A DNA stretch of 32,034 nt from Nitrososphaerota archaeon (GTDB lineage: Archaea; Thermoproteota; Nitrososphaeria; Nitrososphaerales; Gagatemarchaeaceae), in NCBI GenBank assembly GCA_016200025.1, contig JACQFO010000007.1, positions 1 to 32,034 on the forward strand, written 5' to 3'. Position 1 is the stretch's first letter; every line of letters starts with the position of its first letter. Below the pieces are notes generated by a model. The model saw nothing but the letters and a program-made list of their open reading frames with translations, had not been told where the DNA came from and did not search any database. Below, in pieces: positions 15,742-23,797 of this stretch. The position numbers were made by a program, and so were the translations under genes.

Positions 15742-17404
15742 CCTGCTCCTTCAGCTGGCGCCGGAGCACCTTTCCCACCAGGGTCTTGGGGAGGTCCTGG
15801 ACGAAGGCGTAGGTCCTGGGGGCCTTGTAGTTGGCGAGCCTCTCCTTGCAAAACGCCAGCAGCTGCGCCTCGGCTCCCTCCGTAGGGACCCCTTCCTTCA
15901 GTACGACGAAGGCCTTCACCGACTCCCCCCTGTATTCGTCGGGGACCCCGATCACGGCTGCCTCCTTGACCAGCGGACTCTCGAACAGGACTTCTTCCAC
16001 CTCCCGGGGGTAGACCTTGAGGCCTCCGACGTCGACCATGTCCTTTTTCCTGTCGACGATGTACAAGTAACCGTCATCGTCCATCTTCGCGATGTCGCCG
16101 GTGAGCAGCCAGCCGTCGAGCAGGACCAAACCGGTCTCTGCCGGGTTGTTCCAGTAGCCCTTCATCACCTGGGGGCCCTGGATCTCGAGTTCGCCAACCT
16201 CGCCGGTCGCCAGGACTTTCGAGGGGTCGTCGAGATCCACGACGCGGACGTCGGTCGAGGGGAAGGGTATGCCAATGGAGCCTTCCTTGGGCAGCCCCCC
16301 CTGGAAGGGGTTCGTCGACCCGACCGCCGCCGTCTCGGTGAGGCCGTAGCCTTCGACCAGGTTGCCGCCCGTGAGCGCGTTGAACTTCTTCCTTACGGCC
16401 ACGGGCAGGGCCGCCCCGCCGGAGAACGCGACCCTCACGGTCTTCAGGTCGAACTTGGCGACCTCGGGATGGTTGTTGATGGCAACGTACATGGTCGGGA
16501 CTCCGCAGAAGCAGGTGACCCTCTCCTTCTGTATGGTCCGCATTACCTCTTTGAGCTCGAACCTGGGAAGAAGGACGACCCGCCCGCCTGAGAGGAGCGG
16601 CGCGTTGAGGCACGCGGTCATCCCGAAGATGTGGAAGAGCGGCAGGACGGCGAGGGACACGTCGGCACCTGTGAGCGGGAGCGACATGGCCCCGATCGTC
16701 GCAGCTGCCAGCAAGTTGTGGTGGGTCAGCATGGCCCCCTTCGACGTCCCAGTCGTGCCACCGGTGTACTGGAGGACCGCGAGGTCTTCCATTGGGTCGA
16801 TGTGGGCGAACTCCACGAGGGGCCGGGCAGCCTCGACCAGCTCCACGAACCTGTGCGTCTCCCTCCTCCTCAGGTCCTTGACCTTGGCGAGCCCGGCGAG
16901 CCTCCGTTTGATGCCTGGGAGGTAGTCGGTGACGCTCGCGGTAATCACGTGTCTGATGGAGAGCCTCTGGCGACACTTCTCCAGGCTGGAGTAGAGGTCG
17001 TTCCCACGGACGACGTCGTTCGCGGCGACAACGATTGTGCTCCCTGAATCCCTGAGCTGCTGTTCGAGCTCGCGCTCCTTGTAGAGCGGGCTGCAGGGGA
17101 CCGCGACCGCACCAACCTTGAGGATGCCGAAGTACGCGAAAACGAACTGGGGAGTGTTTGGGGAGAAGATGGCCACCCTGTCGCCCTTCTTGACTCCCAG
17201 TCCCACAAGGGATGAAGCGAAGCGAGAGGAGACCTCGTCCACCTGAGAATAGGTCATGGTGCGACCTTGGTACCTAAGGCAGGGCGCCAGGCCGCGCGTC
17301 GACGCGGTCTTCGTCAGGACGGAATGCAACGGCTCCCGGGGGACAGCCGCCTCCTTCGCAAGGTAATCGGGCCAGGACTTGTACCAGAGTCGTTCGGTCT
17401 GCAA
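15728..17404 (-). CDS. AMP-dependent acyl-CoA synthetase (long/medium-chain fatty-acid-CoA ligase, FadD-like)
   Basis: 558 aa. The P-loop is LQYTGGTTGTSKGAMLTHHN. Further motifs are GYGLTET, TGDIAKMDDDGYLYIVDRKKDMV and ...KAPRTYAFVQDLPKTLVGKVLRR. TTG start, with no in-frame ATG nearby. The 3' end overlaps the thiolase gene convergently by 14 nt. Confidence 0.9.
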   Translation of the reverse strand: MQTERLWYKSWPDYLAKEAAVPREPLHSVLTKTASTRGLAPCLRYQGRTMTYSQVDEVSSRFASSLVGLGVKKGDRVAIFSPNTPQFVFAYFGILKVGAVAVPCSPLYKERELEQQLRDSGSTIVVAANDVVRGNDLYSSLEKCRQRLSIRHVITASVTDYLPGIKRRLAGLAKVKDLRRRETHRFVELVEAARPLVEFAHIDPMEDLAVLQYTGGTTGTSKGAMLTHHNLLAAATIGAMSLPLTGADVSLAVLPLFHIFGMTACLNAPLLSGGRVVLLPRFELKEVMRTIQKERVTCFCGVPTMYVAINNHPEVAKFDLKTVRVAFSGGAALPVAVRKKFNALTGGNLVEGYGLTETAAVGSTNPFQGGLPKEGSIGIPFPSTDVRVVDLDDPSKVLATGEVGELEIQGPQVMKGYWNNPAETGLVLLDGWLLTGDIAKMDDDGYLYIVDRKKDMVDVGGLKVYPREVEEVLFESPLVKEAAVIGVPDEYRGESVKAFVVLKEGVPTEGAEAQLLAFCKERLANYKAPRTYAFVQDLPKTLVGKVLRRQLKEQATSR

Positions 17405-17520
17405 GGCTCTGTGCTCTAATCGAAGGGGGTCGTGCCTTAAGGCTTCCCTGAGTCCGACGTTGCTCCGATTGCCTCCTTAGGCTTAAGTATGCAGGGCCTT
17501 CGTTTCAAGCGGAACCCGAT

Positions 17521-18645
17521 TTGGCTGCGGAAACGGAACGATACCTGGTCCTCTGCGTCGACAGGGACGACGACCTCGGCGTCAAGACAAAGCTCGAGAC
17601 GCCCGTGGTAGGAAGGGCCGCGGTCCTCGCTGCCGGCACCAGCCTCGCGCTGGCGGACCCGGAAGAAGCGGACGCCAATGCCATCTTCTCAGCGGTCAAA
17701 AAGTACGACGAGCTGACTCGCGCCGGGACCCTCTGCGAGGTCGCGGTGGTCTGCGGCGAGTCCAACAGGGGCTTCGAGGCCGACCGGAGGGTGGGGAAGG
17801 AGGTCGCCCAGGTGCTTGGTTCATCGCAATATGCGGGCGTCATCCTAGTCTCGGACGGAGGGGAGGACGAACAGGTCATTCCGATAATCCAGAGCATGAG
17901 GCCCATCGTCTCCGTCCAGAGGGTCACTGTAAAGCACAGCCAGACCGTGGAAGAGACGTACCAGGTCCTAGGAAGATACCTGAGGATGCTGGTCTTCGAC
18001 CCGCACTACTCAAAGTGGAGCCTTGGAGTCCCAGGCCTGATCTTCATACTTGCGGGGATCCTGATAGTCTCTCAGCACACCTTCGAAGCTGAGCTTGCTG
18101 CGCTGCTGGTCCTTGGCGGGGCCTTCTTCATCCGAGGGTTCAACATCGACCGCACCGTGGCCGGACTCCTGCAAAGGGGGCCGACGGGCTACATCAGGCT
18201 CTTCACCATGGTCGCCAGCGTGCTGATCGTCCTCGCCGGGGTCATCAGCGGGTACGGCAGCATGGTGAGCCAGGCGCAGGACTACGTCAGAGCGGTCGTC
18301 TCCGAGCCCGGGGCGCTCTTCGTCTATGGGGCTACGCTGGCCGGATATCTGATCAACGGCAGCCTTGCGCTGGTCTGGACCGGAATCGCGATCTATGCAA
18401 TGGGGGCGCTGCTCTCCCACATAGCCAGAGACAGCGTCCTGTGGAAGCGCGACGGGTTCGTGCTGGCCATGCTCGCGATCCTCTACCTCCCAGTAAGGAC
18501 CTTCTCCGAGTTCCTGATCAGGGGGACGACGGAATCGACCTTCCTTCTGATCTCCTACGTCCTGATCGGGCTCGCGGCGATCTTCGCCCTGACCACGACC
18601 ATCTACCCCAGGGTCAGGCCGAAGGCCGGGTCAGAACCGGAGTAG
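17521..18645 (+). CDS. DUF373-like archaeal integral membrane protein
   Basis: 374 aa. The N-terminal soluble domain reads RYLVLCVDRDDDLGVKTKLETPVVGR...LADPEEADANAIFSAVKKYDEL, which I recognise as the DUF373 pattern. About six hydrophobic helices follow. TTG start. The stop lies 3 nt before uppS. Confidence 0.6.
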   Translation: MAAETERYLVLCVDRDDDLGVKTKLETPVVGRAAVLAAGTSLALADPEEADANAIFSAVKKYDELTRAGTLCEVAVVCGESNRGFEADRRVGKEVAQVLGSSQYAGVILVSDGGEDEQVIPIIQSMRPIVSVQRVTVKHSQTVEETYQVLGRYLRMLVFDPHYSKWSLGVPGLIFILAGILIVSQHTFEAELAALLVLGGAFFIRGFNIDRTVAGLLQRGPTGYIRLFTMVASVLIVLAGVISGYGSMVSQAQDYVRAVVSEPGALFVYGATLAGYLINGSLALVWTGIAIYAMGALLSHIARDSVLWKRDGFVLAMLAILYLPVRTFSEFLIRGTTESTFLLISYVLIGLAAIFALTTTIYPRVRPKAGSEPE

Positions 18646-18648
18646 CTC

Positions 18649-19431
18649 ATGCTGGAATCCGCGCTTCGCCTACTCGGCGTATACAGAGTCTACGAAGGGA
18701 GACTGAAGTCCCAGATCGAAGGCGACGAGAGGCCGTCGCACATAGGCATCATACTCGACGGGAACAGGAGATGGGCGGCAAGCCAGGGGATGACCCAGGG
18801 ACTCGGGCACGAGCAGGGAGCGAACAGGGCGGAGGAGCTCCTGGACTGGTGCCACGAGCTGAAGGTCAGGACGGTCACCCTCTACGTCCTGTCCACTGAG
18901 AACCTCGACAGGTCCCCGGAGGAGCTGAAAGTTCTCTTCGAACTCATTGAAGGCAGGCTCGCGAGGCTCCTGACGGATGAGCGGATCACGAGGTACAAGG
19001 TAAGGGTGCGGGCCATCGGGCAGCTCGACCTTCTCCCGCAATCCATCACGGACCTCCTAACCGCCATAGAGAAGAAGACCGCGACCTTCGACGAGCACTA
19101 CCTTAACATCGCAGTCGCCTATGGAGGGCGGGCCGAGATCACGGACATGGTCAGGTCGGTGGCCCAGGACGTCAGGAGCGGCAAGCTCAACCCCGAGGAG
19201 GTCAATGAAGACACCATATCCAAGCGCCTCTACACGTCCTACCTCCCCAACCAGGAACCGGACCTGATAATCAGGACCTCCGGCGAAGAGAGGATGAGCG
19301 GATTCCTGCTTTGGCAGGGGGCCTACTCGGAGCTCGTCTTCATGGACGTCTTCTGGCCCGCCTTCCGGTTCATCGACCTGCTGCGCGCCATCAGGACATA
19401 TCAGAAACGAAGGCGAAGGCACGGAAAGTAG
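18649..19431 (+). CDS. uppS: Undecaprenyl/polyprenyl diphosphate synthase (cis-prenyltransferase)
   Basis: 260 aa. PSHIGIILDGNRRWA, TVTLYVLSTENLDRS, AVAYGGRAEI, DLIIRTSGEERMSGFLLWQGAYSELVF and RRHGK are canonical UPPS motifs. Confidence 0.93.
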   Translation: MLESALRLLGVYRVYEGRLKSQIEGDERPSHIGIILDGNRRWAASQGMTQGLGHEQGANRAEELLDWCHELKVRTVTLYVLSTENLDRSPEELKVLFELIEGRLARLLTDERITRYKVRVRAIGQLDLLPQSITDLLTAIEKKTATFDEHYLNIAVAYGGRAEITDMVRSVAQDVRSGKLNPEEVNEDTISKRLYTSYLPNQEPDLIIRTSGEERMSGFLLWQGAYSELVFMDVFWPAFRFIDLLRAIRTYQKRRRRHGK

Positions 19432-19439
19432 CGCAAATC

Positions 19440-19447
19440 GTTATAAC
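19440..19447 (+). promoter_or_regulatory. Candidate TATA box (GTTATAAC) for the small K/E-rich protein gene
   Basis: It is centred about 29 nt upstream of TTG 19473 and lies just after the uppS stop. Confidence 0.35.
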
Positions 19448-19472
19448 CGATGGAACGAGTGGGGTCGCCAAG

Positions 19473-19910
19473 TTGAAAGTCAGCCTGGGGACCCTGAAGA
19501 ACAAGGGCGACGAGTTGGTTGCGTTCCTGGAGCCCCGGGTCGGCGCGAAGCCCTCCCTCTCAGGAGACACCATCGAGCTGGACGACGGGAGCCTGAGGCA
19601 GGGCGTCCGCCCGAGGCAGGTCAAGACTTACATCAAGAGGTTCCTCTACATGAACGGGGTCAGGAAGAACTACAGGGTCTTCGTTTCGGGGAAGGACCTC
19701 ACGCTACAAGAGATAGAGCTGGGCGGGAAGAAGGAGGAGGAGAAGGAATCTCCAAAGGCGGAAGCACCAGAGGCCCTGCCCACAAAGGAACCGGAGGCCG
19801 CCGAAGCGGAGGCGAAGCCTGAGGATGAGACGGGCGAGATGAAGGCAAAGCCGAAGAAAGCAGCAGCGAAGAAGCCCAAGGCAAAGAAGAAGCCCGAAGC
19901 CGAGTCCTAG
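19473..19910 (+). CDS. Small protein with a possible ribosomal protein L22e-like domain and a K/E/A/P-rich low-complexity tail
   Basis: I trimmed track ORF 19311..19910, whose 5' part overlaps uppS, to TTG 19473. The product begins MKVSLGTLKNKGDELVAFLEPRVGAKP...VKTYIKRFLYMNGVRKNYRVFVSGKDLTLQEIE. A tail KKEEEKESPKAEAPEA...KPKKAAAKKPKAKKKPEAES follows. The core resembles eukaryotic L22e (KKYLKKNNLRDWLRVV) by eye only. Confidence 0.55.
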   Translation: MKVSLGTLKNKGDELVAFLEPRVGAKPSLSGDTIELDDGSLRQGVRPRQVKTYIKRFLYMNGVRKNYRVFVSGKDLTLQEIELGGKKEEEKESPKAEAPEALPTKEPEAAEAEAKPEDETGEMKAKPKKAAAKKPKAKKKPEAES

Positions 19911-20341
19911 GCCTTTCTCTGACCGCGGGCGCCCCGTGCCCTCTTCAGCCTTTTGGCCCTGAGCAGCGCCCTGAGATAATTCCTCGACTCGCGGAGCTCT
20001 TTGAGAGCCTGCTTGAAGTCCCCGGCAGCGAAGCTCGCGGACCCCCGTCGGAGATTCTTGAGCGAGAATTGGAGCGCCTGCCTCTCGTCCGGTACCGAGT
20101 ACGCCCGGATCTTGATGAACCTCCCTGGATTCTCCTCGTCGATCTCCACCCGGATGAAGACGATGGACTTCTCTAAGTCCACGTAGGAGCGCCACATCGA
20201 ACGGAGCTGTGCTGCGTCTGGCTCCCCCGAGATCGCGGACGCGAGCGATTCGAGTCTGGTCTCCGCGTCCTTCAGATCGGCCGCAGTCTCCCCTCTCCAG
20301 TCGCTCACGCCGGGAGTCGAGCCGGCCCGCCTTTTAGACAC
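19907..20341 (-). CDS. Hypothetical protein, predicted helical with a basic C-terminal tail
   Basis: The track ORF 19907..20380 has a GTG start. It shows coding-like composition: ...LKDAETRLESLASAISGEPDAAQLRSMWRSYVDLEKSIVFIRVEIDEENPGRFIKIRAY...RAKRLKRARGARGQRKA. I prefer GTG 20341 because GTG 20380 lies upstream of the TATA element. No family recognised. Confidence 0.55.
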   Translation of the reverse strand: MSKRRAGSTPGVSDWRGETAADLKDAETRLESLASAISGEPDAAQLRSMWRSYVDLEKSIVFIRVEIDEENPGRFIKIRAYSVPDERQALQFSLKNLRRGSASFAAGDFKQALKELRESRNYLRALLRAKRLKRARGARGQRKA

Positions 20342-20348
20342 CGGCCGG

Positions 20349-20367
20349 GGTTGAACATCGTTCAACC
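20349..20367. promoter_or_regulatory. Perfect 8-bp inverted repeat GGTTGAAC-ATC-GTTCAACC (candidate transcription-factor operator)
   Basis: Read directly from the sequence. It abuts the TATA-like element at 20367-20374. For the plus-strand gene it sits at the BRE position. For the minus-strand gene it sits between the TATA box and the start. Confidence 0.5.
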
Positions 20368-20374
20368 TTATATC
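20367..20374. promoter_or_regulatory. Candidate shared/bidirectional TATA box (CTTATATC)
   Basis: It is centred about 29 nt upstream of TTG 20400 on the plus strand and about 30 nt upstream of GTG 20341 on the minus strand. Confidence 0.45.
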
Positions 20375-20399
20375 GGGCACGGGAGCGGGACGGCTTCAC

Positions 20400-21080
20400 T
20401 TGCCGAAGAAGACCGAGCCGAAGATTGGTGGCGCATGCTTTGTCAAGCTGAACTCTCTCGTGGAGCTCGGCAGGCTCTCCTGCGCACTCGAGAGGGCACC
20501 GTTCCCGCTCTTCGCGTTCAAGCACGACGGCGCCACGAGGATCGCGGCCCAGGCCGACCTCTACATGGGGACGCCGGTCTTCTACTTCTTCGACGCGGAC
20601 AAGACGGGAGAGTTCCTCGCCTACAGGAACTCGGGCGACGGAGAGGAAGTGCAGCTGGTCTCTGCGGCCAACAACGCGACCTATCTCTACGCTCCGGTCA
20701 TCAGGGTCGCCAAGATGCCCCCGTCCCTCTCCCCCAAGGAGGACTTTCGGGACAAGTTCATGTCGGTCGAGGTGATGGACCTTCCCAGCCTCGTGAAGGT
20801 CGGGACCTACAAGATGCTCTTCGAGGAGCCCCCGCTGCCTCTTTTCGCCTTCAAGAACGGCTCATGGTGGGTCATAGGAACCTTCGCAAGGATTGACGAC
20901 TACGAGGAAGCGTCGATCTTCTTCTACACCCGCACCGAGGAGCCGCCCGGTTCGGGCTTCGTGAAGTACGCCCCGGACAAGATCTCGGAGACTGCCTTTG
21001 TCACCAGGACGGACGAGCACGGGTACTACTACATCAAGGTCGTCAAGTTGGACGTCCCCCATCCCCTAGTCCAGTTCTGA
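20400..21080 (+). CDS. Hypothetical protein built from two tandem copies of an unrecognised ~100-aa module
   Basis: 226 aa. Repeat 1 is ...ALERAPFPLFAFKHDGATRIAAQADLYMGTPVFYFF...FLAYRNSG...YLYAPVIRVAKMP. Repeat 2 is ...MLFEEPPLPLFAFKNGSWWVIGTFARIDDYEEASIFFY...FVKYAPDK...YYYIKVVKLDVP. TTG start. Confidence 0.6.
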   Translation: MPKKTEPKIGGACFVKLNSLVELGRLSCALERAPFPLFAFKHDGATRIAAQADLYMGTPVFYFFDADKTGEFLAYRNSGDGEEVQLVSAANNATYLYAPVIRVAKMPPSLSPKEDFRDKFMSVEVMDLPSLVKVGTYKMLFEEPPLPLFAFKNGSWWVIGTFARIDDYEEASIFFYTRTEEPPGSGFVKYAPDKISETAFVTRTDEHGYYYIKVVKLDVPHPLVQF

Positions 21081-21500
21081 CTGACGCCGCGGGTTGCCGC
21101 CGAGGAAGCTCTCAGCCTGGACTAGTATGGACCTCGAGTTGTCGTAGGAGGCCCTCACCATCGCCTGCTGATAGGGAAACCACCCGAAGCCCTGGTGCTC
21201 GAAGGAGATCTTCACGTCGTCGGTCAGCGTGCGCGCGAGGAAGTAGGTCACCTTCTTGTGGACGTTCTTTCCCTCCCTGCGGTAGTAGTATTCTATGATT
21301 CGCTTGAATCCGGGCACTATGTCTATGTCCTTCAGAGCCGTCTCCTCGCCGACCTCCCTCATCACTGTCTCGAGCTCGTTCTCGCCCTTCTCCATGTTCC
21401 CCTTCGGGAAGTCCAGCCTCCCTGCGTTCATGAGGAGGAGGTACTTCCTTCCCTCGGGCTTCTCGATGAAAACGACCGCCCCGGCGGAGCGCTCCTCCAT
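21066..21500 (-). CDS. Nudix hydrolase
   Basis: I trimmed track ORF 21066..21635 to ATG 21500 (MEERSAGAVVF...). The Nudix box is GNMEKGENELETVMREVGEETAL (G-x5-E-x7-REUxEExGU). The product is about 144 aa. Confidence 0.88.
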   Translation of the reverse strand: MEERSAGAVVFIEKPEGRKYLLLMNAGRLDFPKGNMEKGENELETVMREVGEETALKDIDIVPGFKRIIEYYYRREGKNVHKKVTYFLARTLTDDVKISFEHQGFGWFPYQQAMVRASYDNSRSILVQAESFLGGNPRRQSELD

Positions 21501-21563
21501 GCATCGGTTTCGAAGGAGTCCGATTATTAGGATTCCGCAGCGCCTGCGCCTGAGACCGAACGG

Positions 21564-21571
21564 TTTAATAT
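21564..21571 (+). promoter_or_regulatory. Candidate TATA box (TTTAATAT) for the inositol-3-phosphate synthase gene
   Basis: It lies in an A/T-rich spacer and is centred about 30 nt upstream of TTG 21598. A further A/T element, ATTATTA at 21533-21539, may serve the divergent Nudix gene. Confidence 0.45.
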
Positions 21572-21597
21572 CCAATTTTATGCCCATATAATTCGAC

Positions 21598-22659
21598 TTG
21601 GCGAAGATCAAGGTCGCAATCGCAGGGGTGGGCAACTGCGCATCGGCCCTGCTTCAGGGAGTCACGTACTACTCGGAGAGAGGCCCGGACGAGGGGCTCA
21701 CATACTGGAAGGTGGGGAGCTATACTCCCGAGGACATCGAGTTCGTGGCCGCGTTCGACGTCTCAGCGAAGAAGGTGGGGAAGGACCTCTCGCAGGCCAT
21801 CTTTCAGGGACCCAACAACACCCAGAAGATCGCGGACGTCCCGAAGACCGGCGTCGTGGTCAAGAAGGGCCCGGTGCTCGACGGCATAGGAAAGTACCTC
21901 AAGGAGGTCGTCCCGCTGTCTGCCAAGAGCGAGGAGGACGTCGTGGAGGAGCTCGACAGGTCGGGGGCCGAGATTCTCGTCAACTATCTGCCCGTGGGCA
22001 GCACGGCGGCCTCGCACCGCTATGCGGAATGCGCCATCGAATCGGGGGCGGCTTTCGTGAACGCCATACCCGTCTTTATTGCCTCGGACGCCAGCTGGGC
22101 GTCTCGCTTCGCAAAGGCGAAACTGCCGGTCGCGGGCGACGACGTGATGAGCCAGGTGGGCGCGACCGTCCTCCACAAGACGCTGGTCAAGATGGCCATC
22201 GACAGGGGGGTCAAGGTCGACGAGACCTACCAGTTGAACATCGTGGGAGACACCGACTTCCTCAACATGCTGGAGGAGAGCAGGCTAAAGGACAAGCGCG
22301 AGAGCAAGACCAGCGCAGTCAGGGCGATGTCGCCCTACGAGGTGCCCACCAGGATAGGGCCCAGCGACTACGTCCCGTTCCTGGCCAACGACAAGGTCTG
22401 CTACATATGGCTGAAGGGGAGATACTTCGGGGGGACGACGGTGAAGATGGACGTGAAGCTGCACGTAGTCGACGCCTACGACAGCGGAGGTGTGATGGTC
22501 GACGCGATAAGAGGCACGAAGATAGCCCTGGACAGGGGGGTGTCGGGGCAGCTGACGAGCCTTTCCGCTTTCTGTTTCAAGCATCCGCCCGTCCAGATGC
22601 CCTATCCTGCGGCAAAGGCAGCCTTCGAAGACTTCACTTCTGGGCAGCTTGAACGCTGA
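21598..22659 (+). CDS. ino1: Inositol-3-phosphate synthase (myo-inositol-1-phosphate synthase, Ino1 type)
   Basis: 353 aa. KVAIAGVGNCASALLQGVTYY is the Rossmann motif characteristic of the short Ino1 type, and LPVAGDDVMSQVGATV... is also present. TTG 21598 is the only start-type codon after the in-frame TAA at 21589-21591 that retains this motif. Confidence 0.9.
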   Translation: MAKIKVAIAGVGNCASALLQGVTYYSERGPDEGLTYWKVGSYTPEDIEFVAAFDVSAKKVGKDLSQAIFQGPNNTQKIADVPKTGVVVKKGPVLDGIGKYLKEVVPLSAKSEEDVVEELDRSGAEILVNYLPVGSTAASHRYAECAIESGAAFVNAIPVFIASDASWASRFAKAKLPVAGDDVMSQVGATVLHKTLVKMAIDRGVKVDETYQLNIVGDTDFLNMLEESRLKDKRESKTSAVRAMSPYEVPTRIGPSDYVPFLANDKVCYIWLKGRYFGGTTVKMDVKLHVVDAYDSGGVMVDAIRGTKIALDRGVSGQLTSLSAFCFKHPPVQMPYPAAKAAFEDFTSGQLER

Positions 22660-23797
22660 CGCTCGCGGCCCTTCTGACGTAGAAGGCCGTGGCCAGGAGG
22701 ACCACCAGCACAATCCCAGTGGGGATGATATAGCGGGTGGTGACGTCCTCGCCTATCGCGATGCCCTTTGAAGGGACCTTTCCGTTGACGGTGGCTCCCT
22801 GGTAGACGAAGGTCAGCTTCGCCTTCTCGAAGGGCACTGCTATGCCCGAACTCGCGCCCGCGGTCGAGGTCGCCGTTGCGGCGCTTCCGGCGGCGATGGA
22901 ACCAAAGCTGACGGTGAGGACCCCTGAGTTCAGAGAGGCGTTTTCCAGCTCAGTGAGGCTTAGGCCGGCGGGCAAGGGCAGTGTGAAGAGCACAGACGAG
23001 ACGTTAGCCGCGGAAGGGTTGCTTATCCTCACGGAGATCGTGAAAGGCTTCCCCTCGGTGGGGCTCGCGGGCACAGTGGTTATCGACGCCGACAGTGGCT
23101 GGTAGACCGTCACGTTGGGGCCGGGGCCCCGAACTGAGAAGGATGTCGAGCTGAAGTAGAAGTTGGAGAAGACCTCCGAGCTGGGCAGCGTGCCGAAGGT
23201 CGTCGAGGAGGCGAGGACCCCATAGTGGAACGAAAGGCCCGCACCTGGAGCGACAAGCCGCGAGGTGTTGGAGGCCGCGGACCCTGTGAGTGTGTCGAAG
23301 CTATCCACGATGGCGGACACGGTCGCATTGTGTATCCCAAAGGGGCCCGAATTGGTCGCCATGACGGTGACCGTGGAGGTCATTCCGGCGAAGAGTTCGG
23401 AGGGCTGGTACTGCTTGGAGAAGAGGAATCCTGTGGGCATGCCGACGGGGTTGGACCATCCCGAGATGTTGTTGCCTGCCGAAGTCTCCTGATACGAGAA
23501 CGGCGGGATTACGTAATTCCTGGGGGTCGTGACATTGACTTTCATGTAGGCGTACTTCGTGGTGGAGGCGGCGATCGACGTGTGGTTTATCGAGACGACG
23601 CCTGCGGCGCAGGTGATTCCAGTCCCGTTGGTGATGCCGCAACCGAGGCCCGCTGGCAGTGTGCCCCGGGAGAGGAACGAAGTGACCTCGGCGAGCCCGA
23701 TGTTAGTGACCTTGAACGTAAAGTCAACGCCGGTGCCGCCTGAAGCAATGGGAGTCATGACAAGAGACGAGACGAGCGTTGCGTACCCGACCCTCAT
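22634..23797 (-). CDS. Surface glycoprotein, C-terminal portion with membrane anchor (probably the continuation of ORF 23918..25354)
   Basis: 387-aa S/T/N/G-rich ORF with repeated Ig-like/CARDB-like strands (TFKVTNIG, TVTVMATNSGPFGIHNATV, PFTISVRISNPSAANVSSVLF). The C-terminal TM helix plus basic tail is IIPTGIVLVVLLATAFYVRRAAS. It is in the same frame as the upstream ORF. The coding-like sequence continues upstream to 23917 with no further stop. Confidence 0.75.
   Translation of the reverse strand: MRVGYATLVSSLVMTPIASGGTGVDFTFKVTNIGLAEVTSFLSRGTLPAGLGCGITNGTGITCAAGVVSINHTSIAASTTKYAYMKVNVTTPRNYVIPPFSYQETSAGNNISGWSNPVGMPTGFLFSKQYQPSELFAGMTSTVTVMATNSGPFGIHNATVSAIVDSFDTLTGSAASNTSRLVAPGAGLSFHYGVLASSTTFGTLPSSEVFSNFYFSSTSFSVRGPGPNVTVYQPLSASITTVPASPTEGKPFTISVRISNPSAANVSSVLFTLPLPAGLSLTELENASLNSGVLTVSFGSIAAGSAATATSTAGASSGIAVPFEKAKLTFVYQGATVNGKVPSKGIAIGEDVTTRYIIPTGIVLVVLLATAFYVRRAASVSVQAAQK

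Noticed and set aside
17405-17520. The largest intergenic spacers (17405-17520, 21501-21597, 27733-27816, 1271-1332) as possible tRNA/sRNA or riboswitch loci
   Set aside because: I could find no cloverleaf-compatible stems, no conserved tRNA boxes and no extended structured elements. The short palindromes present (for example GCCTTAAGGC near 17435 and ATGC-N5-GCAT near 27754) are 4-5 bp and better explained as promoter-region A/T elements.
19720-19905. Purine-rich, GAAG/AAG-repetitive DNA that could look like a tandem repeat
   Set aside because: It is simply the coding sequence of the K/E/A/P-rich low-complexity protein tail. It has no exact repeat unit, no spacer structure and no CRISPR-like periodicity.
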